DNA of 64,000 nucleotides, from assembly GCA_012295275.1 (NCBI GenBank), contig CM022668.1, positions 7,750,001-7,814,000 on the forward strand, read 5' to 3'. The position numbers and the translations under genes were made by a program. Under the pieces are notes generated by a model. The model did no database searches, had not been told where the DNA came from, and saw only the letters and a program-made list of their open reading frames with translations. Source of the DNA: Chrysomallon squamiferum (taxonomy: Eukaryota > Animalia > Mollusca). Each line of letters starts with the position of its first letter. Position 1 is the first letter of the stretch. Below are positions 59,201 through 64,000 of the stretch, in pieces.

Positions 59201-61468
59201 TCTCATATATAGGAATTATACAAGCAAATAAAATCAGTTTTGTTGGTCAAATACATTCTTAATTTGAGGATACCCGCTTTCTAAATATCAGCGATTAAGC
59301 ATAAGGGAATCCGTTCAAGATTACGTCATCAAAACACTTAAAAACGTTATTTAAATAATCAGCGAATAGACAACCAGTTGGATAGTGTACTACTACTATG
59401 AGGTGCATATTATCTATCGCTTTGTTTTTGTGTATTTTTCAGTTCGGGATATTTATTTTACTTTCTTTTCATGTTTTTTCTTCGGTGTATTTTCTTTTCC
59501 TCTCTTAATCAGATACTGCATAGCAGAAAACACCTTTCCGGAAAGTCCAGCATAATATTAGTATCAAATATTTCTTGACAGTTCTTATTATAATATTCTT
59601 ATTTATTTATTTACTGTTCGTTTAATTTTCTCAGAACATAATAATAACATCACGATTACTGAAATGATTATACTAAATGATTATTAATATTATATTATAT
59701 GAATATTATTATTAAACATTTTTTTCTTTTCAGATAACCTTTCCGCTATTATTAGAATGAATATAAATCTTTTGATACTGACGATATTATCGGCTTTTTT
59801 TGATCGCAGTGGTTTGTATATATATATATATATGTATATAACGTTCCTTTTATAAAACATAAAAAACCTTATAAGCATTATAATATATAAGAAAACGATA
59901 ATTTTGGATAAAAAATCAGCCTATATATAATTCTTTTTTATGTTAAACATATTTCTACTGTTTTTATATAGATTTAACTATTTATATTATTTTATTATTT
60001 TAATTATTTGGTATACTTCTACCTATAGAACATTATAAATGGAATTGGCCCGTATGATTTGACCAGCTGCGTTTTCATCTAAACTGGTAATTTCTACCAG
60101 CCTCCAACATTTGTTTTGGCCATGGTTAATCATCACGTGAACTAAACATGTTCATAAACTTCTTCTTTTTTCTTTTTTTTTCGAATGTAGAAATGCTCTT
60201 CTCTGCGATTTTTTTTTTTTTTTTTTTTTTCCGTTTTTCTGACATCTAAAATGTATAACTTGAACTTGGCACTAAAGCCATAGACACCTACATACATACA
60301 CATCAAGGCACGTTTTTGATTTTACCATTATTTTAACTCATTTTAGTAAATCTCGAACTATTGGGGTCTTCTGTTTTACACCATAACATACTATATTCTG
60401 ATGTTTTACCTGCTGATATAATAACATTAATGCAGATGTAGTGTCAGCTTTGGATGTTTCTTTATTGCATTTTTTGGATGTCGAAAATACTACAGCAACT
60501 GTTTGTTACCTTCCTCAAGCGTGGCAGAACTGGCGCAATAGCTGACGGTCGATGTAATTTCCTTTTTCATTATAATAACCGATTCCCGAAAAATTGATTC
60601 CACTTGTTTACACTTCATCCTTTATTGAATTTTATTTATTATTTCAAACACAAGACGTGGAGTACCCCACCCGTGGCATGCCTCCGTTGACTTCTGCGGC
60701 CCTGACGTCAAATGATATTCCTAACTAAAGCCTCGTTTTAGTACAGTCTTTGACCTTGACATTCAACATTACTTTTTGGGGGTTTCTTCATTTCTTTTTC
60801 CAGTTTGTTTCTCATTGCAAAAAAATAGTGGAGACCAGTCGTTTCAGTGTGGAAATATTGTAACTATGTTTAATGTATATATTTACTATACCACATTCTT
60901 TGAGATCGGCTAAATCATTAAATGAAAAATATGTGCTGATACCGGTGTCGCAGACGACAGAAAAACAAAAGTGAAAAACCTTGAGTGTTCGGTAATAATA
61001 ATAATAATAATGTCATCGTTTTCCCCTCATCACTTTCTGTTTATTTTTTTTAGTCCCCCCCAATATTATTATTATTTTAATCATGACTGTCAAGATATAT
61101 TTCACGTTAAGTTTTTAACTCGCGCCACAGGTGCTGGCGTATGGACTTCGTCTCCAAGCTTATTTTTCCTCGTATATGATATTGCAAGAGAGGAATTTAG
61201 ACAAATTTTTCGTTCGCATGCTATGTTTAATTATATCTAATAATGATACTTTTTAACTTAATTATGAAGTTAATATATTTCTAGTAAATGATTTTATATT
61301 ATCAAACTAATTATATATTTTAAATTTATTTTACTGTATGAGTTTTTTTATGTATAATTTACTATATTATTTGATGTATTTTTTACTAGTTAAATTTAGA
61401 CATTAATTTTATGTGTTGTGTTGTTATCTTGTTTGTTTGTTTATTTTTTATTATTATTTATTTTATAG

Positions 61469-61551
61469 TTGTTGTTAACCACAAGTCTTTGAATTATGTT
61501 ATCCTTGGAATTCCTTTTGTGCTTACTGCTACAATACTCTGTTTTATATAA
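61469..61551 (+). CDS. Candidate alternative terminal exon encoding a hydrophobic C-terminal tail (xVVNHKSLNYVILGIPFVLTATILCFI*), GPI-signal or membrane-anchor-like
   Basis: T-rich acceptor TTTTATAG| at 61468, phase 1 like the TSP1 exon; stop at 61549-61551 and AATAAA at 61561-61566. Confidence 0.5.
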
Positions 61552-61987
61552 CTGAATTTGAATAAAATGATATCAGCTGAGATCATTATTATTATTATTA
61601 CTACTACTACTACCACTTACTGTTTTATTTAAAGACACAACCAAACAAATATCACGTGAATATCAAATCTGTGAAAGCTCATTAAACATGAAGGCACTGG
61701 TTTAGGAATTTTTTTTAAAGAATAGCATTAGCAAATAATATAGCAAACTAAAAAAAGGTAAATAAGGAAAGAAAACTAAACCTTTTATTCTTATGATATT
61801 ACTACTTATGTTTTTCTTGCTAAGTAGTCCTAATGATTTTCTTGTCATTATTACGGTTTTTCCAAAAATGCATTACTTTCAAGATTTATGCTTCACAGAT
61901 GTCTTAAACATTAACCAAAGAGTTTAGAAACAAGAATTTTGTGTAGACAACTACTGAATATTACTGACAAAATTGATTTACTTCCAG

Positions 61988-62161
61988 TTGACGGTGACTG
62001 GCAGCCATGGTTGCTTTTCAGCACAGAACCATGTAGTGTTTCGTGTGGAGCAGTTGGAATGCAGAACATTTTATATAAGAGATTCTGCATAAACACTGGT
62101 GTGGGATGTGTCGGTCATTCAAGCATGTCTGGTAGAAGAAAATGTCATATTAGATGTCCTG
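61988..62161 (+). CDS. Exon encoding a thrombospondin type-1 repeat
   Basis: TTCCAG| acceptor and |GTATTA donor, 174 nt, phase 1-1. Peptide VDGDWQPW...CSVSCG...KRFC...GCVG...RKCHIRCP carries the WxxW, CSxxCG and RxC motifs. Confidence 0.9.
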
Positions 62162-62453
62162 GTATTATTGCAGTTACAGATGGCTGTTTTATTTTTTTGT
62201 TTATTTATTATTATTTTGGTTAAAACTCATTATAAACAAAACAAATCAAATTTTCTAGATAGACTCTATGTATGTGTAAAATCAGATATATTGGTAATTT
62301 TTCTGCACACACACACACACACACGCGCACACACACACAGATGTGTATATGCAGAGATATGTTTTTGTTTGATGTTTTGAAATGTATAACAAAATTAGAA
62401 ATTAAAATTTTATATTTCTGAGGAAAATATTTTCATGCCACAAATTTTTGTAG

Positions 62454-62740
62454 GAAAAGGAAGACCTAAAAGTTGTAAAGATGTAAAAAGAATACACTTT
62501 GCATCAGAAGATGGAGAATATATTCTGTATCCTCCTTCTTTTGACTATCAACCAATTCGTTTTTACTGTTACAATATGACAAACAAGCCTGTTGAATATG
62601 TCTCACTACAATACTTCAATGGTGGTGTTTTCCCCAATGTGAGTGATAGAAACTGCACAAAAACTGAAAGTCCGTTGTCAGAGAAGGAGGCAACTAAAAG
62701 CGGAATGACTAACTTCAGCAAAATACGAATAAATCTAAAA
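62454..62740 (+). CDS. Exon encoding the N-terminal part of a GON domain (ADAMTS9/ADAMTS20/GON-1-like C-terminus)
   Basis: TTTTGTAG| acceptor (phase 1) and |GTGTGT donor (phase 0). PKSCKDVK...DGEYILYP...FYCYNMT.KPVEYVSL...GMTNFSKIRINL matches the GON pattern. Confidence 0.92.
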
Positions 62741-62968
62741 GTGTGTAAAGAAATTTATTTCAAATGTTAAAACTTTTAGACCAAATAAACTCATGCTAAA
62801 ATTGACATGCACTGAAATAGACACACTTAAGTACTCAGATAGACATACATTTTGAAAGATTAAATGTTGTAGATAAATGAAGACTGAAATACTTACAACT
62901 TCATAAAGACAAACTGACACACATAGGTCAGTCATCAGATGGATATATTAACTTTTTTCTTATTTCAG

Positions 62969-63142
62969 ACGAGAGAAGTTGACATACATGATTTTACATT
63001 CTCTGAGTCTGTTGGAAGACCTTTACCTTACGGAGAAACTGGTGATTGTTACTCCAGATATCAACCACGTGGCAGAAACTGTGGAATGAAAGGGCAATTT
63101 ACTATAGATTTAAGAGAAACTGGCTTGACATTAAGTCCCTTT
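62969..63142 (+). CDS. Exon continuing the GON domain; gene continues beyond this exon
   Basis: TTTCAG| acceptor and |GTACGT donor, phase 0-0. DFTFSES.G..LPYGETGDCYS...C.MKGQFTIDLRETGL is a typical GON motif. Confidence 0.92.
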
Positions 63143-63309
63143 GTACGTAAAGAACATTTTAATATTTTGCAGTGGATAATAATTAACTTAATAATTTTGT
63201 AATGACATTAAATATAACAACAACAACAATATTGATGATGATGATAATACTACTAATAATAATACTAATACTACTACTACTACTACTAATAATAATATAT
63301 AAGTTAATA

Positions 63310-64000
63310 CAGTGACCAGTATTTGTTTGGGCACCATCGAAATTAGTAGCCGATTGTAGAAAGTACCTGCATTCAGTTCAGTCCATTCCTTGATATCACC
63401 CAGTTAGGACTTGTCCAGTCTTTTTCTCTTTGATGCTGCTTGATGGTGTTTAGCAGGATGGTCTTGGCCATTGGGTAGTTTGATAAACAAGACCAGACCA
63501 GTGGATTTTACTTTGGTCAGCATTAGTCCTTTACTGCTGTTAGGAGTTCCAAAGTAGTATGTGGATGTCATTTCAGGCACTGCAGTTGTTGCCAAGCCCT
63601 TGTTGCTATAAAGCAAAATGGAGATAATGAGAGATCTGTAGAGCCTGATCTTGATTTGTAGGCTGGTGTTGTTTTGCAATATGTTTTGGAGTCTGGTTTA
63701 TAGCTGCTGTTGCTTGGACAATTCATGTTTTTATTTCCTCTGGATGATAATATGACCAACATCTTCAAGAAAATCCTGCTGTGATTATTGTCACTTTCTT
63801 CTTCAGTCTGCTGACCATCATAACAAATGCACTGCTGCTACTTCTGACCAGCACAGAGAAGTCATGATGTTTTTCTGTATTTCCTGCAGTGAGCTGAGTA
63901 TCAAAGGCAGATGTTGGGTTGCAGATTGACCTATAAATGATGAGTTGCATTTGGCCAGTGCCTTTTGTATGATATTGTCCAACAACATATAGAATAGAGC
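63310..64000 (-). mobile_element. Decayed RTE-like LINE 3' portion (reverse transcriptase C-terminus), intronic and antisense
   Basis: Frameshifted segments LFYMLLDNIIQKAL, ICNPTSAFDTQLTAG (degenerate FADD region), IKIRLYRSLIISILLY, KTIL and KEWTEL appear in RTE order. Confidence 0.8.

Noticed and set aside
61988-63142. Assigning the symbol ADAMTS9 or gon-1
   Set aside because: Only the TSP1 and GON domains are visible; orthology cannot be established without the catalytic region or a tree.

Overview
Eukaryotic, very AT-rich and microsatellite-dense DNA. Its composition and repeat types suggest a mollusc, plausibly a cephalopod (inference). Most ORFs in the supplied track are translations of simple repeats; there are no prokaryotic systems, CRISPR arrays or rRNA/tRNA genes. 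(1) Minus strand: the 5' part of an unidentified multi-promoter gene. It has a non-coding first exon (donor at 51026), an ATG-bearing exon at 37225-37639 and an alternative first coding exon ending at 12374. Both coding exons end in phase-1 GTAAG donors and both encode an LC8-type TQT motif. The 37-kb exon begins with a myristoylation/palmitoylation N-terminus (MGSCASCSRR) whose stop overlaps the next frame's ATG (ATGA) right after a G5 run. (2) Plus strand, 61.4-63.1 kb: spliced exons encoding a TSP1 repeat and a GON domain (ADAMTS9/GON-1-like C-terminus), preceded by a candidate alternative terminal exon encoding a hydrophobic anchor. (3) Mobile DNA: a TIR transposon retaining a PHD finger, a hAT-type non-autonomous element loaded with two minisatellites, tRNA-derived SINEs and a decayed RTE-like LINE. 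(4) Many CRE (TGACGTCA) and RFX X-box-like motifs. Coordinates were counted by eye and repeat boundaries are approximate.
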